DNA of 64,000 nt from Calcarisporiella thermophila CBS 279.70 (taxonomy: Eukaryota; Fungi; Calcarisporiellomycota): positions 62,001-126,000 of the forward strand of contig NW_027192215.1 of assembly GCF_041956535.1 (NCBI RefSeq), written 5' to 3'. This document shows positions 12,315-25,351 of this stretch, piece by piece. The position numbers and the translations under genes were made by a program. How positions within the stretch are numbered: the first letter of the stretch is position 1; every line of letters begins with the position of its first letter. The notes beneath the pieces are model-generated. The model saw only the letters and a list, made by a program, of their open reading frames with translations. It was not told the DNA's origin and did not search any database.

Positions 12315-13475
12315 GGTGAAGACAGCGTCACGGGGGTGGGAAGAGGAAGGGGTAATGAAAGGAAAGAATTGGGGAGGAAAAAAACAAACAAACGTGTGCC
12401 AAAAAGAAAGCCGGTTTGGGGAGGATCCCTGCAAGAGTGGGCGAGGCCAACCGAGGCGGCAACGGCTGCTGAATATATGGAATCGAGAATGCAGCTTCTC
12501 TCTCGCCCGGGCTTCCGACAAAGTTTATATAGGGAGAACACCGCAGCACTTCCCGAAGTTGCTTATTCACCTATTATTGCCCTCGCATGTTCCCTTCATA
12601 TGTCGGCTGGAGAGTGATTGGCGGGCTCGCCTCACAAGAAGTCCCTATCGTTTCAGTCGCTAAATTTGGGCTCAGGCTGTCTGCCCCACCCTCGGTCGGA
12701 TCATTTTCGGAACTGCCGGGCCACCAAGGGAGCCGCCCTCAGCTACGCTTGGAATGATTCTACTGTGTCTGCCAACTGGGTTGGAACTCTTCTTTTCACA
12801 AGGAAATCTGGCTCTGCGATGATATTATTAAGCCAAATATTGCCCTTGCGTTCAGGGCGGGCGCACGCCGCAATGCTTCGTTCGCAGATGCCGATATAGT
12901 CAGGGCTGTGAACAATGTTTATCCGAACCATTATCTCGACTATCCGCTTTGGGATAGACAGTTGAACGGATCTGCCTATTGGCGCTCAACCCGCGGTTAG
13001 ACCTCCGTCGAATACCAGCAGGGAGGGCAACGTTCTCCTTTCTCTTCTGGATGCGTGGCGGTTGGCATAGCTGCAACGCTGGCAAGCATCCGGCCTGGTT
13101 TCTAGCGCTGTCCTCAACTTGACATCGCCCTCTCCTCTCCGCCGATACATAATCTAGCAGCCTTCCTCTTTATTAAGCAATCATATGGAATGGATCCTTT
13201 CGCGAACAAACGGGCTCCCTAGCATGACACTGCAAGTGGTGCAGATGGTGAACAAGTGTCGGGGGGGTCTACTACACAGGTTGGTCAGGTTGGAGTTTCT
13301 CCAAGACCAATCGATCTCACGTGGAGCTTTGGCCCCATTTGGCTGTTCGAGTTGAATGATTCTGGAAATGGCTCACTAGGGTGTGAGTGGCTTGTGCACT
13401 TTATTAATTAAGGAAAAATAGGGAGGGGGATGAATAGGATCTAGATCTAGTTGACACGACTCCACTACTTGGCCA

Positions 13476-14826
13476 ATGCAAGAGAGTGAGGGATTCGAGC
13501 GCCAGCGCGAGAGCATCTTTGATCCCCCTCTATGGCGGCAACGACGCGAATGGCTTGCCCGCTTTCTCTGGGACAAGGGAATCACTAAGGTGGACGGTGA
13601 ATCGTTTTATTGCAGCTCTAGTTGGTTATGTTCTAAGTGAAAATAAAAAGGTTATGGATCTAGGCTGCGGCGAGGGTTCACTCCTCGACTACCTTTTAAG
13701 TGTTCGGTGGGATATTCAGGATCTCGGTGTTCCGAGACCTAGAGTACCGATGACGCGGTTGGTCGGGGTGGATGTATCAAGCGAGGCCCTGAATCTGTCC
13801 ACCGAGCGCTGTTCACCGGATGACGAGGATCGCTTGTATCCACGCTGGAACCCATTAAGCGTTGAATTATACCAAGGTATTAAAAATAACAGCAGTGCCA
13901 ATCGCATTCATTGGGTTAACCAGATATATGCGGCATGCATATATGCCTGAAATATAATCTCCTAAGGTTCGCTGGTGGAGGTGGATGATAGAATGCGCGA
14001 CATAGAAGCCATCGTTTGCTGTGAAGTGATCGAACATCTCCCGGAGCACTCCCTGGTCCACGTGCTCGACTCCGTGCTAGGTGGCTATGCGCCGCGATTC
14101 TTCTTGGTCACTACCCCGAATGTCGAGTACAACCCTTGCCTTGGGATGCAGTCCGGAACCATGCGGCATCCAGACCACAAGTTCGAATGGACACGCGAGG
14201 AGTTCCAGGTCTGGTGCAAGGCGGGCGCCGAGAAGCACGGCTATGCAGTGGAATTCACCGGCGTTGGGGGGGAAGGGTCGGCTCTGATCGGGTTTTGTAC
14301 GCAGATAGCTGTGTTTCGTGCCAAGGAGGCGGAACCCCGCCAGGCGGATCCGCTCGAGCAGGGGAATTCGCGGACTCAAGGGGCTCTGCGGGGGGGATCT
14401 GGCTGCCCTCGCTCGCTCCACACCCCTCTTCAACTCGTGTGGCAAGTCGCCTATCCTACTCGGACGGCCGCGTTCAGCGACGCCGACATTATGGAGCGAG
14501 TCGACCAAGTGCTGCCTTACCTGCTGAATCCAGTTTCGGACGGCGCCGCCCCTCAGCTGGACCGCCTCCCTCTGCCCTCGCTGTGGCAAGTCAAGGACAT
14601 TCGATACCGTGCTCGCACGGTGCAGCGCCTCATCGACGTCCTCCTTAGAAGCGAGGGGGCGTTTCAGGTGACGTGGGCCTCGCCCCAGTTACCGGAGGAG
14701 GCGGTCGTTCACGTCACGAGGGCGTATCCCCTTCCTTCCTCAGCCGACGATTTCGAAGAGATGGAGGAGGGCAACGGGTATGCCGAGGAAGAGGAGGTGG
14801 AGGCTGATCGATCGGAGTCGCCTTGA
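13476..14826 (+). CDS. HEN1: HEN1 small-RNA 3'-terminal 2'-O-methyltransferase (3 exons)
   Basis: Exon 1 IFDPPLWRQRREWL (FxPPL motif); VMDLGCGEGSLL SAM-binding motif; EVIEHL; TTPNVEYN; RHPDHKFEWTREEF. Confidence 0.93.
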
Positions 14827-15375
14827 ATGGGATGGGAGACAAGCCAAGGTCTCCAACGCAGTGATCAGCCCGGTACACGTGGATGGAGAAGATCGAAGAG
14901 CCTACCGCAGACCGCGGCAGCCATCCTATCCACACGTTACGGCAGCCGCTAGATGGCGACACATTGCGAAACGGCCGTGTAGATGACTTTGATTCTCATG
15001 TGGATCACACGTTCTCCTCTGCAAGAGAGGGGAACCGTGCCTAGGAATAGATGTGTTTCTCCAATTTCTGCGCGTTTCCATATTTGGTCGGCGGTGTCTG
15101 CTGCCTGCTTTTTTAAGGGTGAAGCCCATTTGTCTGGAATGCGATCTCCTCCGCCTTCCCGAACAACTCCGGGTCGACTCAAATTGTGGGCCTGATCTGA
15201 AAGCGGGACCCACTCGTGCTGCTTGCCTTTGTTGTTTTTGTTTTCCCCCTCTCACTTCGCTCCCTCCTTCCCCATCCCAATGCGCGAAGGCAAAACCGCT
15301 GATCATTGAAAGAGTGTGAAAGGATTTGTTGACCCAAGCAAACAACTGAGCACAGCTGTAAATACAACCCCATCC

Positions 15376-17024
15376 ATGACCGGACCCAATTCCTCCACAT
15401 TGCATACATGCATCGACGCATTGGATTCGCATAGGGCCAAAATGGACCCCCCATCCATGACGATGGGATCGAAATCAAGTTTCATTACCTCAAAGGCCAC
15501 CTTCTCCTTAGAAGAGAAAGAGCATTTCGTCCCCGAGCACTCGGCATTGCCCGAAGCTCGGCGTCTGCACATCCTGAAAGCCCTCGTCACCGACAATGCT
15601 CCTCCTGACAACCAAGCTGGATTCATCGATCGATACGCCCATCGTGTCACTCGAGCCGATGTATTCGACTTTGACAATACTCTCTTTGGCTCTCCCTTAC
15701 CGAGTCGCGAGCTCTGGGACTCGCATTTCATCGGGCTCCTGACTCAGAGCGGGATCATCTATAAGGGCTGGTGGCAGGATCCCCGAAGCCTTGAAGTGAG
15801 CGAGGAGCATCGATCGCAGGGATGGAATGAGGATGTGGTATGTTTGTGTATATTGTTTTTTTTTTTACATGCTTGAGGTTTTATCCTGGGATCTATCCCC
15901 GGGGCTCTGACGAGGGATCTAATTTATTCATCTACTCCCAATCCTAGGTCGCAGAAGTACGGCGTTCCATGGAAGACAAGAATACCCTAACTATCCTTCT
16001 TACCGGTCGCAAGCGACCTGCTTTCATCGATCTTATCCAATCCATGATCTCGGAAAAAGGATTTCATTTTGATATCATTTGTCTTAAGCCCGACGACGAC
16101 GAATTGTTCTCCAATACCCTCACCTATAAACTACAGTTCCTCGACCAGCTCCTCCTGACCTATCCGCTCCTCCGCGAGATGTATCTGTGGGAGGATCGAG
16201 TGGCCCATGTGAAGAAGTTCGATGGCTACATCGCCTCCAAGATCGCCGAGGGCCGGCTCCAGGCCGGTAAGGTGCATGAGGTGGAGGATCGGCGGGTGGT
16301 CCTTGAGCCTGCTCGAGAGCTGGAGATCATCGAGGGGATTCTGAGGGACCACAATGAGAGGGCGAGGCTGCTGCGGGACCGCCCCGATGAGTCCGCGGCC
16401 TTCGAGGCCCCCACATGGTGGGCGAAGCTGGTCGTCCCCCAACCATGCGAGAGAGCCGCGAATGGGCACAAGGGTGGTTACAACAAGGGATGCTCGGTGG
16501 TGAATGCCCTGGCTTCGTGGGCCCTCGGGCTGCTAGAGCGCGAGATTCGGCTGGAGCCCATAGTCCAGGGGGTGTGCGTGTTTCTCGATGAGCCATCTCG
16601 CCACCGCCTTCTGACCACATTTGGGCCTGCAAGTGCAGACGAAGGAAAAGTGCTGCAGCGATGGATCCGATCTGCCGATCGGATCATTCTGCAGAGAGGC
16701 GTTCCTTCAGATGCCGATCTTCTCCGATGCGGCGGAGTCGGCGCTAGGCTCAAGTACCGTGTGGTAGGACTCGGCCGCCACAAGAATCGCTGCATTGCGG
16801 TGCGCATGATTTCCGAATCGTCTGCGGAGGCAATGGCTCATGGCGTCTGCTGCATCGTGTACGATCCGGCCATGGGCGGAGGGCCTGACAAAGATCCTGC
16901 ATTCATAGAGAATTGGGAAGACGTCGAGATGGAGAGGCAGCTGATCGTCGAAGGTGAAGTAGGCCTGAAAACCGTTTTAGGAATGCCGGAACTTCTCGAT
17001 AAGCGGAAGCGTGCAACGCACTGA
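15376..17024 (+). CDS. HAD phosphatase of the 'Swiss Army Knife RNA repair' HAD_SAK_1 type, with a C-terminal degenerate 2H-phosphoesterase-like domain (intron 15838-15947)
   Basis: VFDFDNTLF (DxD), WW..P, WNEDV, LLTGR, LKP, T.TYK, WEDR..HV. The C-terminus has a GVFL...S...LL / G...V.G.G...AV / NW...L.VEGEV pattern. Confidence 0.75.
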
Positions 17025-18020
17025 TTTTTCCTTTTTGTAACCTATAATAATATTTATCTCTATCACATTCGTCATTTTTTTTTTCCTCTCTCTCTCTTCC
17101 GATGTATGATATATGATATAGGATGATGCATCCCTTGGTTTGTTGATTGCTTTCTTTTTGTCCTTGTTGTCTCTCCCCCATAGCACATATACACCTCGCT
17201 CTATTCACGCCGATATCATCGAGTCCATTGCCTCCTAGATAGTAGATTCCCCCGTTTGTTCTCGCCTCTATTTATTTACAGTTGTGGTTTTTCTATCGAA
17301 TAAAGGGGCTTTGTGAATCCATTCCTCGCCCGAAATCGGCTTGCAGCCACGGACTGACCATTGGCCTCGATTGCGCTGGTCATTATCTGGGCAAGATCAA
17401 GCTTTTTTTTTCTTCCAATTCATATGCTGAGCGCCAAACAACATTTATCCCGCAGCTCGCGACATGACCGAATGGCATGCCCTGGCCCGTTGCTTTCCAG
17501 CGCGTGAAAATCCCTAGTTTTCACGGGATTGTAGGCTCTGTGCGCGCATAGCACGAAATCCAAGGGCTACTGGAGTCGCACCAGGTGTAACTCCCGAATC
17601 CCAGCGTGAAGTCAGCCCCTCCTGGTAGCCGAGAAGGCCCAGCGGAGGCCAAAATCCGGTAGTAAAGTTCGATATCCATTTTACGGGCCGAAAGGGCATG
17701 TAATGTAAGCCTTCAATTTGTTATTGCTCAAAAACCAGTCATATAAAAAGCGTTCCGTGCGAGTGGGATTTTCTTTTTTTTTTGGCGTCTGCTTTTCCCC
17801 TTGTCTTGTTTACTAGGCCCTCCCTTGTACCAAGTGTACCATACACCCTATTTAATATATATATTCTGCCCGAGTTATATAGTTATTCTACATTGCTCGG
17901 TATTTATATATCGTATAGCCTCCACCCTTTTCTTATTTATACATAGTTTTGCTTTTTTTTTTTTCCTTCATTCTGTTTCACATCTTATTCTAGTTTCTTA
18001 CTGCACTTTCTTCTAGCATA

Positions 18021-20149
18021 ATGGCCGCGCCTGTTTCAACAAAGCACAGCAAAGAGCTGGACCACACCCCTGCCTCAAACGAATCGCGCATCCGGCGCCA
18101 CGCCCGCTTCGCCGATAAACTCATCGATGCCCCCGGCCCCAACATCAACTCCTTGCATGATTTCTTCCATAACGCCGCTCGGCGCCATGCCTCCAAGAAT
18201 TGTTTTGGTTATCGCGATGTGATCGACATTATCGAGGAGGAGAAGGAAATCACCAAGATTGTGGGCGGAGAGGAGCGAAAGGAGAAAAAGACATGGAAGT
18301 ACTTCCAGCTGTCGGAGTACAAGTACGTAACCTACACGGAAGCTTCCCAGCGAATCCTCCGCATCGGATGCGGTCTGAGGAAGCTGGGCATCCAGGCAAA
18401 GGAGCCGGTGGAGATTTTCGCGCAGACAAGTATGGATTGGATGTGCATGGCCCTCGGTAAGTATCTCCTTTCCTCTCTCTGTCTCTCTTTTGTGGCCGCG
18501 GGGGGTCTAACCAGCACTCTTTTTCACATCGCGAAGGCTGCTTCTCACAAAACATTTACATCTCTACCGCCTACGACTCCCTCGGGGAGGACGGGCTCTC
18601 CTACTCGCTCAATGAGGTCGAGGCGGTGAGTCTCTTCACCAATGCCGACCTCCTCAAGACGGTGGCCCGGGTGATTCCCAAGTGCGAGAGCCTGCGCGTC
18701 GTCATCTACAACGGCAAGGCCAAACAGGCCGATCTGGATGCGATCGGAGACAAGGTCAAGCTGGTGTCCATGGACGAGCTGCTGAAGCTCGGGGAGGAGA
18801 ACCCCGTCGACCCTGTGCCTCCCGCTGCGGACGATCTGTGCTGCATCATGTACACCAGCGGCAGCACGGGCAACCCCAAGGGGGTCGTCTTGACCCACCG
18901 CAACGCCGTTAGCGCCATGGGCGGCATCGAGGCCCACCTCGGAAAATTCCTGCAGCCCACCGACACCATCCTCGCCTACCTCCCCCTTGCCCATGTCCTC
19001 GAGTTCATGCTTGAGTCGGCATGCATTGGGCTCGGCATCACCCTCGGATACGGCACGCCCAAGACCCTCATGGACTCGTCGGTGCGCAACTGCTCGGGAG
19101 ATCTGAAGGCGTTCCGCCCCACCCTGCTCGTCGGCGTCCCCGCCGTCTTCGAGACGATTCGCAAGGGGGTGCTGACGCAGGTGCACAAGGGCTCGCAGCT
19201 CGTGCAGATGGCCTTCCACGGCGCCTACTGGGTCAAGTCGCGCACCATGAAGACCGGCGTGCTCTCCCCCGTGACGGGTCTGATGGATGCGGTGGTCTTC
19301 TCCAAGCTGAAGCAACAGACCGGCGGCCGCCTGCGGCTGGCCCTCTCCGGTGGCGCGCCCATCAGCCGCGAGACCCAGGAGTTCCTGACCGTGGCGCTGT
19401 GCCCTATCCTGCAGGGCTACGGCATGACGGAGTCGTGCGGCATGTGCACCATCATGAGCCCCGAGACGGTGGCTTACAGCGCGGTGGGTGCGCCCGTGCC
19501 GTGCGTGGAGATCAAGTTGGTGGACGTGGAGGAGGCGGGCTACAAGGCTAGCGGAGACCCGCCGCGCGGTGAGGTGTGGATTCGCGGCGCCAGCGTGTGC
19601 AGCGGCTACTACAAGAACGAGGAGCTGACCCGCGAGACCATCACCGAGGATGGGTGGCTCAAGACGGGTGACATCGGCGAGTGGAAGCCCAACGGGTACC
19701 TCAGCATCATCGACCGCAAGAAGAACCTGGTGAAGCTGTCGCACGGCGAGTACATTGCCCTGGAGCGCCTAGAGGCCATCTACAAGTCCAGCGTCTACGT
19801 CATCAACCTGTGCGTGCACGCGGATCCGGAGTTGTCGCGCCCCGTGGCCTTGGTCCACCCCGACGAGAGGCGCATCCGCGATTTGGCGGAGGCCAAGGGA
19901 GTGCAGGAGAAGGACTTTGCCAAGCTGTGCCAGCATGAGGCGATCATCAAGGAGGTGCACGGCTCCCTGCTCGCTGAGGGCAAAAAGGCCAAGTTCCGCA
20001 CCCCCGAGCTCCTCGCCGCCATCTCCCTGTGCTCGGAGGAGTGGACCCAGGAGAACGGCATGCTCACAGCGGCCCAGAAGCTGCGCCGCAAAGAGATCGG
20101 CCAGCACTATCGGGAGGAGCTGGAGAAGATGCGACCCGCGGCCAAGTGA
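18021..20149 (+). CDS. FAA1: Long-chain fatty acyl-CoA synthetase, Faa1/Lcf1 family (intron 18457-18536)
   Basis: IMYTSGSTGNPKGV, YLPLAHVLE, QGYGMTES, GWLKTGDIG, IIDRKKNLVK, GEYIALERLE. Confidence 0.95.
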
Positions 20150-22434
20150 AAAAAACTGCATTTTATGGTCACAACACTGAATTGAGAGGAGGCCTTTGAA
20201 CCAATTTATTTTTCCTGTTCTGGCTTTCGTCTCTTCATAACAACCTACACTATATACTATATATTATATATGTTTGTGAGTGTGTGAGTGAATGTGTGCG
20301 TGTTTTTTTTTCTCCATGATGTTTCATTTTTTTCATTCTAATATGTGAATAAATACCAAACTTAATGCTTTGTTTTTAGTACATTCCTAATAGATGGGGT
20401 GAAGCAGTCTCTTTTTGCCACCCATACCTATTCGGAGGCAAAGCTATTCGGAGCAAGGTGTGATCTACATACAGTAAGTGAAAAGCCAAGAATTGATTTG
20501 GAGACTTGATTTGAACGGAGATGCAGTGAATCGGTGAGAATTAGAAATGGTAGGAGAAAAGAAAGGATTTTTACGGAGTATTACTCGCAAAGAAATATTT
20601 CCTCTTAAAAGAAACTGATGCTCCAACGGGTATATCTTGGGCATCCAAACTATCAGTTATACATTATGTTTTGATTATTAATCTACTCTCAATCTTACGG
20701 TACTTTTGCATAAAATGAAAATTTTGGGAAGGGCTTTTTCCTATAAAACCTAATACCGTCTCTTGCCGTCCATAGTTTCATCTCACCCTGTTAACCCCAG
20801 AATTGACTACAAACAAATCTCTGTTTTATTATACAATTTGCCGTATAGTGCTAGTACATAATTTTTATTAATTAGGTAAGGGCATCTCTCTAGAAAATGC
20901 CTTAGTAAAATTATCTTACGCCCCAATCTAGTACTATTCCCCAAGTGCTTGCCTATCAAACATCTTTTGAGGACGAGTTTTGGATTGATGGAAGAAAGTG
21001 GATATTTCTAAACGCAGCTTCCTTTTTACAAACTTCTAGTTTTCTAGCATCGCCTAAGTGTTTTATCTGTTGGACACTCGGTCATTCACGACAAAGAATC
21101 CGTGGTTCCCTTCTCTATCTAGTGCCCTCATTTTCCCCAAAATTTCGAGAGCCTAGATGAAGGAACTATTATAATGCGCCGGAAATGATCCCAAAGTTTA
21201 CTGATGAATTGAATTGCCTTGTTGAGGTCCATGCGTGATATGATTTTAATATTCTGCACGCGATTATCAAGCTTGCAGACTTCCTCTTGAAGTGTAATCA
21301 GGGACAATTAGAGAGCGTGAAAATATATTCCATTAGCATCCGATAATTAAAGGGTTATCAAACTAGCAGGAAATGGCAATTGATAACTAATTAAATGGGG
21401 CAAGCAACATATATACGAAATCATACATTCTATTAATATCCAATATATGGAAGGTAGAGTGAAAACTGGTTAAGTATCTTGTAATTGTTGTAAGAGTCAG
21501 TGACCACGACTGGAGTCCTAAGTCCAAAATCAGAACATGGGGCTGTATTTTGGCATTGGATATGTTACTCATCCTAGCGTATGCCATGGACTAGTGTCTA
21601 TGCAACAGGCAGCTAGCTGCCTATGCTTCACGGTGATGAGATTGTTTTCTTGCACACAACACAAGCTATTTCCGGAGAAATTGCTTAGAAAATCAAATAA
21701 GTCAATGAAATTAAAAAAAAATTAATGATAGATTTAGGTCTCGTTTCTAATTAAAAATCCTTGGCTCTCCTAAGAAGATAAAATGGGAAAAATAGGTGAT
21801 TAAACAAGAAAGTACAAGGCAAATTAAACAATCAATCAATAAATGAAGAGTGAGATTATGAAGCATGGACTCCCGACGAACTCCACGTTCTGCATCCCTC
21901 GTATAAAAATCTTCCATAGTAGCCGTTTTAATTAAGCATATAATAAGACCTGGAATCGCATAAATTATTTAGGTAATATTGAATGTATATATGCAAGTCG
22001 AGTTTCCACTCTATTAGTCCACATGTGTCCTCTGAATTCGCGGTATTATAGAGTGTAGAAAACGGTACGGTGCGACTTGCTCAAAATCTGGACTAAGGAA
22101 TTTATTGCAAACACTACGTTAAGTTATAACAAATGAATTCAAATTTCCCTAATTTTTTTTTTCACAATGTGAATTTGAATATGAAGTTCTGTCTGCTGGA
22201 CAGAGAGGAGAGGGTACCTAACAAATAATAATTTTGCATTTTGTAAAACAAATGGCGATTCACTTTTTACCCGGGTATATCTATTATTACTACTACTAAG
22301 TCAGTACATTACTTCAAAATGGTTAATTTTTTTAAATAAGTAATCGTCAAATATAAAGCCAATTAAACTTATATAAGCATAATGCAGATTTTTGATTCCC
22401 AATATGATAATTTCACTTAGTGGTAATTAATAGA

Positions 22435-22592
22435 TATACCCAGCTTGCAAACGAAATTACTCAACCAATTTGATTAATTCTAGAAACAGGTTTAATTATG
22501 CATATATTGTATGCTTCTAACACCTCATCACATATAAAAAGAACACAATAAGTATACAATTTAGTGAACTTGCGAATGTAATAACCTAGAAG
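22435..22592 (+). promoter_or_regulatory. Promoter/5'UTR copy 1 (TATAAAAA 22533-22540), homologous to the hydrophobin promoter
   Basis: 22526-22577 matches 27007-27058 at 44/52 nt without gaps. Confidence 0.8.
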
Positions 22593-22895
22593 ATGTTTGC
22601 TACTATTATCTTTAGATTCGTATGCATTTTTGTCTTCCTACATTTTTGTACAGCACAATACAAGGGAAAAGTAATAGCTAAATCCGATCTCCCCGTTCGC
22701 ACTGGCCCTTCAACTAGTCATAAAGTCGTGGGGTCACTTCCTTCTGGTGCTGTAATAAGTATTGTGTGTAAAGTAAATGGACAAAATATTGGCGGCAACC
22801 CCAGATGGTACAAACTAAAAGATGGTCGGTATGTCGAAGGGTTTGTCGCATCACGCTATGTTGCAAATATAGGCGCTGCGCCGGAATGGTGTTAG
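22593..22895 (+). CDS. Small secreted bacterial-type SH3 (SH3b/SH3_3) domain protein, actinobacterial style, intronless
   Basis: Signal peptide ending CTA|Q, then L.VRTGPST...VVGSL..G..I.IVCK..G..IGGNPRWYKL.DG...GFVASRYV.NIG.APEWC. Confidence 0.85.
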   Translation: MFATIIFRFVCIFVFLHFCTAQYKGKVIAKSDLPVRTGPSTSHKVVGSLPSGAVISIVCKVNGQNIGGNPRWYKLKDGRYVEGFVASRYVANIGAAPEWC

Positions 22896-23650
22896 AAAAG
22901 GCCTAGTCAACCTAAAAACAAATTTCCTTATGAGTTGATATTTTGTTCACCTATACAACTAATTTAGTTTGATAACATTTAATCAGCAAATAATAAACAT
23001 TTTGCATTCTTTAATAAAATTCACCAAAAGGAGACGGCTCCATTTATTTTTTATTATATAATCAGCAAACAATATAAGTTGAAAACGAAACTATATAAAC
23101 GTAAGAGATGAATACATAATTTGAAATCGTGCAAAAATATAATCAACGAAGAATAAAAGATTAGAGCCAAAGGCTCCAGTTGTTCGACAACCGCAGAATT
23201 GAACTTATGGGCAGAGCATCAGCAAAGCGACGAAGCGCCAAACTCATGACCCAAATTCGTGAAAAAGAGGGTCGTTAGCTTGGGCAAGGGGAAGGGATAC
23301 TTTCTACACACAGTATGAAATCAGTCTTAGTATATATCTTTTTAATTAAATCCTAAGAGAGAAAAGCTGCCTCCGAATTGAACAATATTATGAACAAATT
23401 GAACTGTTTCAATCCTACTCGTCATCGTCCCCGTCCTCTTCGAGTTGATTCGCAGGAAGTACTTGTGCAGGTGTACATGAACCATCAGCTCGTGCAGCGG
23501 TTACAGATAATAAATTTGCATTACGTAAAACAAATGGTAAATCACTATTTACCTAGATATTGCTTTTATTACCGTTAAGTCAGTTAATTACTTCTAAGTT
23601 GGTTAATTATTTGTTTTAACTAAGGAATCACCAGATTAAATCTTCCCACA

Positions 23651-23682
23651 CTAAACTACACTAAACTACGATAAACTACGAT
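23651..23682. repeat. Short 10-bp tandem repeat, 3 copies (CTAAACTACA/CTAAACTACG/ATAAACTACG)
   Basis: Seen directly in the sequence. Confidence 0.7.
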
Positions 23683-23814
23683 GGGCAAGTATATCAATAT
23701 ACTATTGCCTTGCTCACAGCTTTCGAAGATACACAATATTCGAAGACAAAATGAGAAAATTGGGAGCAATAAAAGGAATGAATAACGCTCCCAAATTATT
23801 CAAGTTATTCAAAG

Positions 23815-24969
23815 CTAGATATTCAAATTATTCCGTTTCCCATAGCCAATGTTCCTCAGATAATCCTCCAGCAGCACCCACTCGATCCCTAGCTCCTTGT
23901 TTGATTCATACAGCTGTCGTTGCTGGGAATACATCCAGTTGAATAATTCAAATGTAACTGGGTTCACCCCGCTCTCTGGAGGAATACTTTGAGGTGGAAT
24001 AAATCGGTATTCGTGCTTGATTCCTGAAACTACAGCAATGAAAGAAAAGTCCGTCAGCTCAATCAGTGTAATTGAGTGAATACATTTGCAAGTAGAAGCA
24101 GTCAGGGAGATGCATACCTTTTGTTGCTATTTCTGCATACTCATTGAATGTGTAACACTTGCCAATTAGCGGTATAGTTTTTCCTAAATATTTATCTTTG
24201 TTTGAGAGTATTTTAACGACAGCTTTCTATTAAAGCAATAGTATCAGTCATCTTCATACACCATATGACGGGCCTGAGAATATGTCCACCATACTACCTA
24301 CCCCAAGATCAACACTAACAGCCAACATTGGAAGTTTGACATCGGGCTCGACGAAGTAAGATATATAAACCGTATCTCCCTCTTTTTTCATAACTGGAAA
24401 TGCAGTATCCCCGGCGATATTCTCATAATAAAATCCCAAATCCACAAACGTGGCTGGGAGTTCTATCTCTTTTACATACTCTTCTACTTGGTGCTTGTTA
24501 TCAAACTGGTCGTCTTTAAATCTCCCCTCAGACACTTGTTCTGAATTCACCAAGGTACTCCAAATGAAATGCTGCACCCCATTATTAAGGGCGGCGCTTG
24601 CCATGTTTTTGCCCTGTCGTATTTCCTCGCCTGCTTTCTGATTAATAGGGTCAAAAGTATTGGTAACTGCATAGACCGCGTAGGCTCCAGCGAAGCACCG
24701 TTTCATATCGTCAAGGCTTGAAGCATCTCCTTTAACAACTTCAGCGCCCAGTGAAGCAAGCAACTTGGCTTGTTCCGAATTAGTATTTCGCGTGATTGCA
24801 CGTACACTATACTCTCCCGATTGCAGGAGAGCTCTTGCAACAGATCCGCCTAACGACAAAAAGACGCGAAAAAGACTTAACAAAGGCTTGGAATAAAATT
24901 CCTTTTATATATTAATGATTTACCTTGCGATCCAGTTGCCCCAATTACTGCAACAATAGGCTTTGCCAT
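23815..24969 (-). CDS. NmrA-like (NMRAL1/HSCARG) atypical SDR protein (4 exons)
   Basis: MAKPIVAVIGATGSQG|GSVARALL...VRAITRN...GAEVVKGD...EIRQGKNMA.AA...GVQHFIWSTL...FDNKHQVEEY...GFYYEN. Confidence 0.9.
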
Positions 24970-24995
24970 CGGTTTAGATATTTTCTGTCTGGATA

Positions 24996-25351
24996 GAGTT
25001 ATTGAATAAAAAGTCTTTATCGAGCAATTTATACACTTATTAAACCGAATGCATCGTGTTTAGAAAGGAAATAGCAGGATTAGTTGATCATTACTAATAT
25101 TACATCAGATAAAAATCTCCATATTCGGCGATGCATATAATACTCTCAATATATGAAACGCTGCCAATTTTATGGAGTTACAGAATAAAAGGCCTTTATC
25201 GAGCAATTTATACACTCAGTAAACGAATGCATTATGTTTAGAATGGAAATAGCAGGATTAGTTGATCATTACTAATATTACATCAGATAAATAATCTCCA
25301 TATTCGGTGATACGTATTACTCTCAATATATGAAACACTGCCAATTTTATG
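24996..25351. repeat. Tandem direct duplication (~179 bp x2) of the NmrA proximal promoter
   Basis: Copies at 24996-25174 and 25175-25351 share long identical blocks such as GGAAATAGCAGGATTAGTTGATCATTACTAATATTACATCAGATAAA. Confidence 0.95.

Noticed and set aside
12755-13110. Protein-like open frame between WS/DGAT and HEN1
   Set aside because: No start codon, splice model or recognisable motif.
17503-17525. Hairpin CGTGAAAA-N7-TTTTCACG upstream of FAA1, considered as ncRNA or operator
   Set aside because: Only an 8-bp stem, with no recognisable RNA family.
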